DNA of 64,000 bases, taken from IMG/VR virus record IMGVR_UViG_3300028561_000005. The stretch is one strand, 5' to 3'. This document shows positions 28,066 to 37,310 of the stretch, piece after piece. Source of the stretch: an uncultured virus (IMG/VR IMGVR_UViG_3300028561_000005) (lineage: Duplodnaviria > Heunggongvirae > Uroviricota > Caudoviricetes). Both the position numbers and the translations under genes were made by a program. Every line of letters begins with the position of its first letter. Position 1 is the first letter of the stretch. A model generated the notes under the pieces. It was given only the letters and a program-made list of their open reading frames with translations. It ran no database searches and had not been told where the DNA came from.

Positions 28066-28176
28066 ATGACTGAAGAAATTTTAAAATACATCAATGCTTT
28101 AGCAGCTTTCGCTGATTATGACATGGATGACGATGACGAAATTACAGAAGAAAATTCTACACACATTAGGAGGTAA
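28066..28176 (+). CDS. 36-aa acidic peptide
   Basis: AAGGAGA RBS; MTEEILKYINALAAFADYDMDDDDEITEENSTHIRR. Confidence 0.6.
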   Translation: MTEEILKYINALAAFADYDMDDDDEITEENSTHIRR

Positions 28177-28181
28177 TTTAT

Positions 28182-28808
28182 ATGAAAAGATACTTTTTAA
28201 ACGATAAACAATTCATGTTTGTTTCAGGCCATACATTCTACGTATCAACAGAAAACGGAAATGTCGAAGTTGACGGATTCATAATTAACGAAAATGAAGA
28301 TGACAACTTCATTACGTTATGTAACGGAGAATGGATAACATGTCCAAAATCAATCCCGTTAGACTGGCTGCAGGATGTGTTTATCTTTAAGCATCTTGAT
28401 GATGCTTTCGAGATATCCACAAACTTAAGAATGACTGTATCAACAGATTACAAGTGCAGCCCATCTGTATCAGCTGACAAGCTGAAGAAGATAATCAAAG
28501 ACCGTAGATATCTAAAAGAATTAGGCATCTTGCATCTGATTAATTATTACGATGATGCAGATGTTCTGGTTACCGAAGTTGGACACGGCATAAAGATACA
28601 TCATACCAGACATAACAGACGTTTTCCAACAAACGCGTCTGCCAAGTATCCGGATGATAATATCAGGTCAATCTTCAGATACAAGGACGATGTTTACATC
28701 TGCCCATCTGACAGAAATGCTAATGGCATTCTCAGGCTGGATGAAGATGGTACATTGTATATAGCAAGATTCGGAGAACTTGAAGAGGCAATCTTCAAGT
28801 TCATCTAA
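28182..28808 (+). CDS. hypothetical protein
   Basis: AGGAGGT RBS. Confidence 0.8.
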   Translation: MKRYFLNDKQFMFVSGHTFYVSTENGNVEVDGFIINENEDDNFITLCNGEWITCPKSIPLDWLQDVFIFKHLDDAFEISTNLRMTVSTDYKCSPSVSADKLKKIIKDRRYLKELGILHLINYYDDADVLVTEVGHGIKIHHTRHNRRFPTNASAKYPDDNIRSIFRYKDDVYICPSDRNANGILRLDEDGTLYIARFGELEEAIFKFI

Positions 28809-28817
28809 ACTACAAAT

Positions 28818-28868
28818 AAAAGAGCTTCGGGCTCTTTTGAGAAGGCTATGCCTTCTTTTTTTTTATTT
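28818..28868 (+). terminator. tandem terminators ending early cassette
   Basis: AAAAGAGC-TTCGG-GCTCTTTT, then AGAAGGC-TAT-GCCTTCT with long U tract. Confidence 0.85.
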
Positions 28869-28952
28869 CAATGTAACAATATTTGACATTGTGTATACTT
28901 TTGTTAAGAACAAGGGGTCTTTGTAGCAAAAGTAGTTAACTACGAAGTACCT

Positions 28953-28964
28953 AACATTTTCGTA
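28953..28964 (+). promoter_or_regulatory. late-type promoter AACA-N6-TA driving a non-coding element
   Basis: AACA TTTTCG TA; no RBS/ORF follows. Confidence 0.65.
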
Positions 28965-29225
28965 ATTTATACGAAAATAAGACTAAGATTAGTCTAAGTG
29001 TGACTGTGCCTTAGCTAAAGTCACACTAAGCTAACTGGTCTTAAATATTCTCTGTATAAAACGAAAATATATCCTAATAACCAAAATACCTTGACTCTAC
29101 TTGTTGACCAAGTAGAGTCTTATTTATTGTAGACAGGATCTGAATTAGAAGTATGAGTTTCATCGTATAGGACTACGCTAAGGCTACGTCCTATACTAAG
29201 GGACAGACCTTAAAGCCCTAGGGCA
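28964..29225 (+). ncRNA. candidate structured ncRNA with 8-bp kissing loops
   Basis: own promoter; hairpins 28966-29060, 29071-29139, 29165-29196, 29197-29212; loop GCCTTAGC (29008-29015) is the exact complement of loop GCTAAGGC (29177-29184). Confidence 0.6.
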
Positions 29226-29226
29226 A

Positions 29227-29238
29227 AACATTTTAGTA
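29227..29238 (+). promoter_or_regulatory. late-type promoter AACA-N6-TA
   Basis: AACA TTTTAG TA directly before AAAGGAGG. Confidence 0.7.
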
Positions 29239-29256
29239 ATAAAGGAGGAATGTGCT

Positions 29257-30474
29257 ATGACAGAACAGTATCGTTACTCTGCTGTAATGACATTCATGAA
29301 TAACAGAAGAGAAGCTCAGGAAATATCTATGGATGTAATCCAATTCATAGTTATAGACAAAGATTATGAAAACAATATTATGCCAGTTATAACTACATCT
29401 ATTTTATTAGATTCCAAACTTAGAGACAAAATGATTCTTGAAATGGATGACTCTATAGTATCTCTACAGATATACAAATTCAATAAAGACGAAGACGACA
29501 GAATAGGACAGACTATTCTGAATGATATCTTTGTTTACATGATACCAGGTGACATATCTCATTCACAGGATATGGACTACAAAGATGATATTGACGAAGA
29601 GAATCCACCAAGAATACCTACTACAGTTTATCTGATAAAGAGAGACTCAATAAACAACAATCGCCAGGTAATCAATTGTGTCAATCGATTTACTTACGAC
29701 AAGAATATTAAGAAACAGATATCGATGACAGATATGGTCATGAGAACTTCGGCATATCTCAGACCATTACTGTTAGAACCAATAACAAACAACAAATCGT
29801 TTGATGAGATTGTAATACCTCCATTATCTTCATTATCAGATTATGTCAACTATCTCAATGATAATATCTGTTCACTGTATCCAACAGGATACAGATTCTT
29901 TATGGACTTTGATACTAACTACATCATATCTAAGTCTGGTAAAAAGGTTGAGCACAAAGACCAGAATTATCACTCTGTAATCATAGATATTGGCGAAAAG
30001 ACCAATCTTAATTATGCTGTAGATGGAAACCTATATAACAGTGAAAATCGTTTCTATCACGTTCCAGTGTCAATTGCTATGGCAAAGTTCCAGCGTAACA
30101 TTACAGCGAAACACCTTGTTACTCAAGTGGCTTGTATCGATAGTTCAGGAACAGCTTTTTCAGAAGACGTATCAGAAACGTCTGCTAATATTAAAGAAAA
30201 GCTATCTATTATGCAATCCACAACTTCTAACTCTGGCATCATAGACAATGTCAAGAATGACGTCGTAAATGGCTCACTTGTAATAGACATTGTTAAATCA
30301 GATTTGGATGCCAGCATATTTACAATCAATAAAGAATATATAATAAACAATACTGAAGAGTATAAAGAATACGACGGCAGATATCTGATATGCTGTGCTA
30401 AACAGTTCTTTATCAAAGACGAAGATGGATTCGGTATGAATTCCCTGATGAGATTCAAAAAAATATCCCAGTAG
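29257..30474 (+). CDS. probable baseplate hub-like tail protein
   Basis: late promoter; RFFMDF and C-terminal YDGRYLI pattern reminiscent of gp27/gpD hubs. Confidence 0.45.
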   Translation: MTEQYRYSAVMTFMNNRREAQEISMDVIQFIVIDKDYENNIMPVITTSILLDSKLRDKMILEMDDSIVSLQIYKFNKDEDDRIGQTILNDIFVYMIPGDISHSQDMDYKDDIDEENPPRIPTTVYLIKRDSINNNRQVINCVNRFTYDKNIKKQISMTDMVMRTSAYLRPLLLEPITNNKSFDEIVIPPLSSLSDYVNYLNDNICSLYPTGYRFFMDFDTNYIISKSGKKVEHKDQNYHSVIIDIGEKTNLNYAVDGNLYNSENRFYHVPVSIAMAKFQRNITAKHLVTQVACIDSSGTAFSEDVSETSANIKEKLSIMQSTTSNSGIIDNVKNDVVNGSLVIDIVKSDLDASIFTINKEYIINNTEEYKEYDGRYLICCAKQFFIKDEDGFGMNSLMRFKKISQ

Positions 30475-30492
30475 GCATCTAGCCTACTGGGA
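30466..30492. terminator. bidirectional terminator
   Basis: TCCCAGTAGGC-ATCTA-GCCTACTGGGA. Confidence 0.85.
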
Positions 30493-30511
30493 ATTTTTTG
30501 TGTTTTACTTT

Positions 30512-31975
30512 TTATAAACCTGGTGTACCAATTGAATTGTTGGATACGTTCTGTGAACCGCCAGCATTCATATTGGTTGTTGTCTGAGCTGTCTGTGTAC
30601 CAGCGTCAGTCGCATTAGAGTCTACCTTACCTGAATAGCTCATTACATGAGCTGAGATTACAGACATGTATTCTCTAGTTATCTTTTCAGCACCTGTACA
30701 CATAGCACCGATTACTGTACCAACAGTTTCAGTTACTATCTGGCAGTATTCAGCAACAGACTTTGTCCAAGCCTTGATAGCCTTAGAATCCATTCCGTTC
30801 TGAGCATTGCCAACGTTTGTGTATGCCTGGTTAGCAGCAGCGTCTTTAATCTGCTGTGAAGCTCCGTTCTTCATATTAGCTGTAGCATTATTAGCCGCAT
30901 TAACAGTATCGTTCTTAGCATTCTGACTAGCACCAGCATCAGCAATACCATTTCTGCTGTTATTGTATGTGCTGTTCTTGTTAACGTACTTTCCGTTAGG
31001 CTCAGAGTTTGTGCTGCTGTTGAAGTTAATCTTAGCTTCATTGATGTAGCTTTCGAATACTACTGAGTAAACTTCCGGAAGTTCTGTAGAAGCGTTTACA
31101 GGCTGGTTAGCATTGTTGTTGCTGCCAGTATTATTTGTGTTAGCCTGAGGCTTAGCATTAGACTTAACTGGCTTAGCTTTGTTTTCGTTTGCTTTCTTTG
31201 CAGCTTCTGCAGCATTGCTAGCAAATGCCTGAGCGTCCTTAGCCTTAAGTGCGTTACCAGTCTTAGCATTCTTCTTGTATGATGAGTTATAAGCCTTTTC
31301 AGCCTTATTCATCCACTTGTCGAATGCATCCTTAGTCTTAAGGATACCAGTTCTGAATGTATTAGCTGAAATACAGAAGTTGTATAAGTCCGCCATATTT
31401 ATTGAAGATGTCGGAACGTCCTTATCTGGACCTGGGCAGTAGTAAGCTTTACAAGCATCAGCAAAGCTCTGATCCTTTTCGATTTTGATAGTCTTGTTTG
31501 TAACGAAGTTCTGGATGTCGGTTCTCCATTTATCCTTATTACCTTCGGCTCCATCGTTAGCAGCTGCAGCAGTAAGGTCATCAATGAATGTAACGTTAGG
31601 GAATACAATGTTTATCTTACCCTGAAGTCTCTTGATACATTCAGGGATATTGCTTGCCATTGTAATTGTACCTTCCTGAAGCTTCTTACCAAGAATGATT
31701 TCCTTGTTTTCTGTAAGGAACGCAACGTCGTTCTTAAAGAACTTATCTGCTCTTGTAAGAAATCTATTCCAGATACCAGCAATCCATGCTGTGAACTTAG
31801 ACCAGAATGACTGAGCCTTATCATTTGTAGCTTCATGAATGTACTCAATTTTAGATACAACGTCTGTACCTTCGGCAATAGCTACACATTCTTTGAGGAA
31901 TTCCTGTGTGTCGAGCTGACGTTTCATAACTTCATATCTGTACACAGATTCTTCAAGCATTTCTATATATTCCAT
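30512..31975 (-). CDS. internal head protein, paralog 6
   Basis: IHE-A then amphipathic helix FWSKFTAWIAGIWNRF; internal N/A-rich linker with VFES/INEA. Confidence 0.6.
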   Translation of the reverse strand: MEYIEMLEESVYRYEVMKRQLDTQEFLKECVAIAEGTDVVSKIEYIHEATNDKAQSFWSKFTAWIAGIWNRFLTRADKFFKNDVAFLTENKEIILGKKLQEGTITMASNIPECIKRLQGKINIVFPNVTFIDDLTAAAANDGAEGNKDKWRTDIQNFVTNKTIKIEKDQSFADACKAYYCPGPDKDVPTSSINMADLYNFCISANTFRTGILKTKDAFDKWMNKAEKAYNSSYKKNAKTGNALKAKDAQAFASNAAEAAKKANENKAKPVKSNAKPQANTNNTGSNNNANQPVNASTELPEVYSVVFESYINEAKINFNSSTNSEPNGKYVNKNSTYNNSRNGIADAGASQNAKNDTVNAANNATANMKNGASQQIKDAAANQAYTNVGNAQNGMDSKAIKAWTKSVAEYCQIVTETVGTVIGAMCTGAEKITREYMSVISAHVMSYSGKVDSNATDAGTQTAQTTTNMNAGGSQNVSNNSIGTPGL

Positions 31976-31978
31976 ATA

Positions 31979-33331
31979 TTACACCTCCTTAGCAAGCTCA
32001 TTGAGCTTAGCCTTGCAACGAGCACCAACGGCATTAAAGAATGCCCAAGCTGTAGAGAGTCTAGCTTCTTCAACCTTTAATGCTCCTGAGTAGTAATTAA
32101 CGATTGCTTCGCCGGCTGTATGAATCATTACTTCACACTTCTGAACAACTTCAAACTCGAGCTGTGAAAGAGCTTCGTTAGAACTTGATGGAACTCCAGA
32201 GTTAGAAGTAACACCTCTCTTAGAAAGAATTCTTGTAAGTTCTGTTGATGGGTCTATAGCCTTAACTGAAGCGATAGCTTTATTGATTGAAGCGTCAATT
32301 GCTTTCCACTTCTTACCAACGTTGAAGAGATAAGAAAGTATATTAGCTTTCCAGTTATCGTTCTCAGAAACGTTAGATTCGTCCGGTTTAGTGAAGTTAG
32401 TCAGGATACCCTTTACAAGCTCAATTCCTGAAAGTCCTGATTCCTCAACTGCTGAAAAAGCGGCATCTGTGGCTCTGCTTCCTCCGTCTGAGTTAGAGTA
32501 AGCAAGGAATGCTGTAGCAAAATCAGTCATCATCTTAGCGTTGTATGATTCGGCCTTATCGGTACTTGTCAGACCGTACTTGTGAATGATATCTGTGAGA
32601 GTCATATTCTTAACTTCAGCGCCGAGAACCGATGAGCAAACCTTAGCCATGCTACCAAACTTAGAGACAGCAGCATTTGCTCCGAATGCTGAGAATACAG
32701 CACCGAATGCGTCTGATGTATTTGTTGAAGTATATTCAGATGCGAATCCATCCATATACTTATAGCTCTTTACTGACTTGGCAATCTCATCGAGTTCTCC
32801 AGTGAGATCGAAAGCGTTGATGACATTGGCTGCATTTGATGCGTTCATTGATACTGCCATCTGTTTGAGCTTTTCAAATTCAGCTTTCTTAGTCGCATCA
32901 TCTGTATTCATAGTAAGAGCTTTAACGTCGTTCTTGAATTCAGAAATATTTGTTGTTTCGCCGTTAGTGAAGAGTTTGCCGGCAACGCCAGTCATCTTCT
33001 GACTTAAAGCCGTGAGAGCTTTTACAATAGCTGTCTTAATCTTACCGCATAATGTCTTTACGCGGTTAACCATACCAGCAGACTTAGCTTCAGCTTCAGT
33101 AACAAGTACGGTAGCTTCTTCCGTAATCATTGACTTGAAATAGCTCTTGAGTGATTCGTTCTTGGCGTCAAGCATTTCAAGTAAAGCGTCATAACAAATC
33201 TGATTGATACTACGAGTGTCATGAACTTCGGCAAATGTGTCGAGCATAGATGCTTCGCAGATATCAGTACATTTAATATTTCCGATATCTTTAGATACCG
33301 GTTTAGCCGTAATGGCTGATACATTAAACAT
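31979..33331 (-). CDS. internal head protein, paralog 5
   Basis: VTE-A then RVKTLCGKIKTAIVKAL helix. Confidence 0.6.
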   Translation of the reverse strand: MFNVSAITAKPVSKDIGNIKCTDICEASMLDTFAEVHDTRSINQICYDALLEMLDAKNESLKSYFKSMITEEATVLVTEAEAKSAGMVNRVKTLCGKIKTAIVKALTALSQKMTGVAGKLFTNGETTNISEFKNDVKALTMNTDDATKKAEFEKLKQMAVSMNASNAANVINAFDLTGELDEIAKSVKSYKYMDGFASEYTSTNTSDAFGAVFSAFGANAAVSKFGSMAKVCSSVLGAEVKNMTLTDIIHKYGLTSTDKAESYNAKMMTDFATAFLAYSNSDGGSRATDAAFSAVEESGLSGIELVKGILTNFTKPDESNVSENDNWKANILSYLFNVGKKWKAIDASINKAIASVKAIDPSTELTRILSKRGVTSNSGVPSSSNEALSQLEFEVVQKCEVMIHTAGEAIVNYYSGALKVEEARLSTAWAFFNAVGARCKAKLNELAKEV

Positions 33332-33366
33332 ATAATGGCCTCCTTACTGTAATCAAGTATAAAAGA

Positions 33367-33421
33367 GATCGTCATCAAGATACAACTTGATGACGATCCA
33401 TAATTGTATTACTTAAAAGTT
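33367..33421 (-). promoter_or_regulatory. late-type promoter followed by 13-bp hairpin
   Basis: AACT TTTAAG TA at 33410-33421; GATCGTCATCAAG/CTTGATGACGATC at 33367-33398. Confidence 0.6.
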
Positions 33422-33429
33422 TATTGATA

Positions 33430-34509
33430 TTAGGTATCGCGATCTTCTTCAACCGTGTCGCCATTTTTGTCGACAAATGTAGGCTTGCTTGTTTTGATAT
33501 CGATACGAAACTCGGTCAAGTCGCCGGACTGTTTTGCAACGTCATATTTGTTGTCGTTGACATATCTATTATATGCAACAATAATTGAGTTGCGTAAACG
33601 AACAACCTCCGTAATGTAATCATGCATGGTGCTTACATAAAAATCAACCACACGTCCTATCATTTCGAACAAACTTGTCACAGTACTCGCCATATTTGAA
33701 AAATCACGAGTCGAAGCGTCGAAAACATGATCGTCTGTACGCCTGCCATACTTGTCTTTCACACTGGATGCCTGTACATGTCGTAATGGTCTGTTTGCTG
33801 TATCAGAGAAGTAGCTTTGTATCTTCTTAGTTACAGCACTTTCCTCGTATGTATGCTGATGCATAACTTTACGAACAGTTCCGAGAAATTTGTCATCAGT
33901 CAACACATCTTTATATTCAGGAAGTTCCATAGCTTTTTCGAGAGTCATAACATTACCCTTCAGTAAGGCAGTACTTGAAATCATTCCACCTTTGTCAGGT
34001 TCAACCTTTGACATGCTGCTACGCAATTCTACTACGTCAGCACCAGTTAATGTCTTGATGTCAGCATCGATTCCGATACCTTTCATCCAAGCGTTGATTT
34101 TATCAATGCTAGATTTGATAAGTTCTTCGTTTTTGTCGGTTTTATCGCTATTGATATCATCAATCATGTCAAACACTATCCCATAAATATCGGTGGATTT
34201 CTTTAACGTTGCCGCGATATTCTTTGGGTTAAGATATTCAGAATACATTTTCCTAATACGAACATTACAGTTTTTGATAATGCTAAGACGACGACTGTCT
34301 ATCGAAAGAATCTTCTTTATCGCACTAACAGCTCGTTTTTCATCTATCTTCTGTATCAATTCTGTTATGGCATTTTCCAACTTTTCACAAAGAACACTGA
34401 TTTTACGGATAATCTTTAACACGATTTTCTTGATTCTGTCGAATAAGGAACGTTTAACTTTGGACTCGTCACTTTCAGTAACGATGAATGATTCTAAACT
34501 AATGTCCAT
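33430..34509 (-). CDS. internal head protein, paralog 4
   Basis: SLE-S/VTE-S then LFDRIKKIVLKIIRKI helix. Confidence 0.6.
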   Translation of the reverse strand: MDISLESFIVTESDESKVKRSLFDRIKKIVLKIIRKISVLCEKLENAITELIQKIDEKRAVSAIKKILSIDSRRLSIIKNCNVRIRKMYSEYLNPKNIAATLKKSTDIYGIVFDMIDDINSDKTDKNEELIKSSIDKINAWMKGIGIDADIKTLTGADVVELRSSMSKVEPDKGGMISSTALLKGNVMTLEKAMELPEYKDVLTDDKFLGTVRKVMHQHTYEESAVTKKIQSYFSDTANRPLRHVQASSVKDKYGRRTDDHVFDASTRDFSNMASTVTSLFEMIGRVVDFYVSTMHDYITEVVRLRNSIIVAYNRYVNDNKYDVAKQSGDLTEFRIDIKTSKPTFVDKNGDTVEEDRDT

Positions 34510-34522
34510 ATGTCATTCCTCC

Positions 34523-35782
34523 TTACTTTTTATCGTCGTCTTTTTCTTCAGCTTCAACATCTACTGTTCCATAAGGAATACCCGTTGCCGGATTAACCTT
34601 GAGGTCTGTACAGAATCTTGTAAAGAGTAAATAACACTGCTGATAGAATGACGCAATAGCATTTGTTGCATTACCAACGAGTGTAATATATGACTGAGCG
34701 ATCTCAGAAGCTGAGTTTACGAACGGAGCGGCAGCAGATTCATTGCCGTGCTTCTCAATTTCAACACTCTTCTGAATAATAAGATTTGTAAACTTAGTAT
34801 CCAGTGAAGCCTGCATCTGTTTTACATGATTGGCATTAGCACCGCATATAAGTAAGAACTCTGTGATGTTTTCGAGATTGTATACAGGGTCTTTAAGCAG
34901 ATTAACTTCACCGTCGGCATCTCTGTCAGATGACAGAACTGGAGCAACGGCTGATAACTTGGACATCATTTTTCTGTTGTACTTGTCGAGTTCATCAACA
35001 CTCTTACGATATGTCTTAGTACTCTTATCAGAGAACTTCTGTGAGCCTTTATTATCGTTGTTTGCAGCTCTCTTATCAGCTTCTCCAGCGTAATCTATAG
35101 AGTCTCCGTATCCGTCGAGGAATTTCTTAAATGCGTTAAGTGTATCTGATGAATTGAGAATGAATCCTGTCTTAACGATGTCCATGTTTACAGAAAATCT
35201 CATGCCTGTAAGTTTCTGGATTGCCGCCCTTTCGATTTCATCAGGCTTACGGATAGATTTAATCTTTGCGATAACCTGTTTAGCTCTGTTCATATCTTTA
35301 TTCTTAGATATAGCTTTCAAAAGTCTCTGTACCAGCTTATCAACAGCTTCTCTGATCTTTTCGATAAGATGCTGAATAACTCTCTTGATGTTTCTCTTAA
35401 TCTTATTAACGCGGTCTTTATTTACGTCATAACCGCCGCTCTTAGAAGAGTCATCTTTCTTTTCTTCTTCTTTATTGTCGTCTTTCTTTTCTTCTTCGTC
35501 AGCTTCGTTGAACGCAGCGAGGAAGCTAGGATCTGCAAGAAGAAGATCCCTGTTTTCTGTAACGAAGTTTAATTCGTCTTTACCGAGTTCTCTAACGAAA
35601 GCATTGACGCCTTCTTGAATCTGAGCACAGTATTTAGCAGCAATCCATTCTGGATCGTCGCCTACGGTGAATGTAGTCATTGTTGGATGATATTCTTTTG
35701 TTTCTTCCTGCACTGATTCAGTAACAGTATTTTCCTGAACTGAGCCATACTTAGCTTTAAAGTCTGAGTTAAAAATTCCCAT
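34523..35782 (-). CDS. internal head protein, paralog 3
   Basis: MGIF start and TFTVGD..EW shared with the 458-aa neighbour; FNE-A; KIKRNIKRVIQHLIEKI helix. Confidence 0.6.
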   Translation of the reverse strand: MGIFNSDFKAKYGSVQENTVTESVQEETKEYHPTMTTFTVGDDPEWIAAKYCAQIQEGVNAFVRELGKDELNFVTENRDLLLADPSFLAAFNEADEEEKKDDNKEEEKKDDSSKSGGYDVNKDRVNKIKRNIKRVIQHLIEKIREAVDKLVQRLLKAISKNKDMNRAKQVIAKIKSIRKPDEIERAAIQKLTGMRFSVNMDIVKTGFILNSSDTLNAFKKFLDGYGDSIDYAGEADKRAANNDNKGSQKFSDKSTKTYRKSVDELDKYNRKMMSKLSAVAPVLSSDRDADGEVNLLKDPVYNLENITEFLLICGANANHVKQMQASLDTKFTNLIIQKSVEIEKHGNESAAAPFVNSASEIAQSYITLVGNATNAIASFYQQCYLLFTRFCTDLKVNPATGIPYGTVDVEAEEKDDDKK

Positions 35783-35811
35783 ATTAAGGTTCCTCCTTTA
35801 TGCTTATAAAA

Positions 35812-35839
35812 GGATCCGTGTCGTCTAAGACACGGATCC
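35812..35839 (-). terminator. intercistronic hairpin (terminator or mRNA stabiliser)
   Basis: GGATCCGTGTC-GTCTAA-GACACGGATCC. Confidence 0.65.
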
Positions 35840-35861
35840 ATTATAGTTATTTATGGTTTGA

Positions 35862-37238
35862 TTAGATAATAGCGTTGAAAGCGCCAAGGAAATCGAAGTC
35901 TTCTTCCTTTACAGATTCTTCCTTCTTTTCTTCCTTAGCTGGTTCTTCCTTCTTGTCTTCAGCCTTTTCATCCTTCTTGTCTTCAGCCTTGAATCCAGAA
36001 ACAATCTTTGTAGCAACTGTTCTTACTTCGCCGAGGTATCCACACATAGCCTGTGCAAGACCGCCTGAAGCCGCAACGTATACCGAATGGATTTCAGAAA
36101 TGAGTGACTGAGCCCTTGTAACGTTAGAATAGCCGTTTGAGTTGAAGTTTGTGCCTACCTTCTTCATGTAAGCTTCGAATCCTTCGAGAACCTTCTTGAT
36201 TCTTGCTTCCATGTTGTTGAGAGCCTTAACAGCCTTAGCCTGAGCCTTTGCACCTGATGTAAGAGCCTTATACATTGAATCAATTGTCCAAAGACCGCTT
36301 GATGTGAATGGGCTACCTACTTCGTGCATGTCACCAGCGTAAACTGTGAATACAGCGATCTGTGAAGCTTCGATATCTGAAGGAACTCCGAAAGCCTTAA
36401 GAATTGTACCCTTAACATCTGTAGCTTCAGCTGGCTTTTCCTTAGCTGTGTATTCACCAGCCTTGCCGCCGAGCTTATCGATAGCATTGAAGTCTACGAT
36501 AGAATCCCAACCGTCGATGTTTGTGATCTTTTCTGACCAACCATGAGCCTTAAGACCTGCAGCGATGTCAGCGTTCTTCTTAAGTTCAGGATCATCCTTG
36601 CCCTTCTTGAGAGCGGCAGCAATCTTTGCAACAGCAGCATCGTCCTTAATCTTAGCGATGAGGTTGATAACCTTCTGTCTGAGCTTTTTGAAGAATTCGA
36701 TAATGGCAGAGATAACCTTCTTGATGAATACAACGATCTTTGTGTTAGCAAACTTTGAACCAACCTGAACTTCATCAGGAAGAGCAGGAAGAGTTGTCTT
36801 TGGTTCTTCCTTCTTTTCGTCCTTCTTATCTTCAGCCTTTTCATCAGCTTCGTTTACAGCCTTAGACTTGCCGCTGCATACAGGGCAATCCTTCTTACCG
36901 CATTCGCACTTGCCTTCTTCTTTGCAAGCCTTCTTGCATGATTCTTCGAATTCTGCTTCAGCAGCAGCTGCAGCTTCTTTAAGTTCTTCTTCTGTAAGTG
37001 GACCATATTCAACTTCGAGACCTGTTGCTTCTGTGTATGAGAGTTCCATAACACCCATGTCCTGAAGGAACTGGTTAGCAGCTTCTTCTACTGTAGCAGT
37101 GTTTGTAGCAGCCATCCATTCAAAAGAATCTCCGACTGTGAATGTTTCGTTTGTTACTGTGAATTCTGTAGCTACCGACTTTGCGGCATTTTCAAGCATA
37201 GCTTTCATGCCGTTAGCACCTGTTGAAAAAATTCCCAT
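35862..37238 (-). CDS. internal head protein, paralog 2
   Basis: VNE-A; FIKKVISAIIEFFKKL helix; strong codon bias. Confidence 0.6.
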   Translation of the reverse strand: MGIFSTGANGMKAMLENAAKSVATEFTVTNETFTVGDSFEWMAATNTATVEEAANQFLQDMGVMELSYTEATGLEVEYGPLTEEELKEAAAAAEAEFEESCKKACKEEGKCECGKKDCPVCSGKSKAVNEADEKAEDKKDEKKEEPKTTLPALPDEVQVGSKFANTKIVVFIKKVISAIIEFFKKLRQKVINLIAKIKDDAAVAKIAAALKKGKDDPELKKNADIAAGLKAHGWSEKITNIDGWDSIVDFNAIDKLGGKAGEYTAKEKPAEATDVKGTILKAFGVPSDIEASQIAVFTVYAGDMHEVGSPFTSSGLWTIDSMYKALTSGAKAQAKAVKALNNMEARIKKVLEGFEAYMKKVGTNFNSNGYSNVTRAQSLISEIHSVYVAASGGLAQAMCGYLGEVRTVATKIVSGFKAEDKKDEKAEDKKEEPAKEEKKEESVKEEDFDFLGAFNAII

Positions 37239-37272
37239 AATAAAATTCCTCCTTTATTACAAATACATATAA

Positions 37273-37301
37273 AACGTAGTGAGCTAAGTGCTCACTACGT
37301 T
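37273..37301 (-). terminator. intercistronic hairpin (terminator or mRNA stabiliser)
   Basis: AACGTAGTGAGC-TAAGT-GCTCACTACGTT. Confidence 0.65.
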
Positions 37302-37310
37302 ATTTTTTAC

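Noticed and set aside
28883..28910. TTGACA...TAAGAA host sigmaA-like promoter
   Set aside because: 16-nt spacer and the -10 lacks the conserved final T; the phage-type promoter at 28953 fits better
28860..29225. CRISPR mini-array, tRNA or self-splicing intron as explanation of the intergenic gap
   Set aside because: No direct repeats with spacers, no cloverleaf/TTC arm, and the flanking genes are complete
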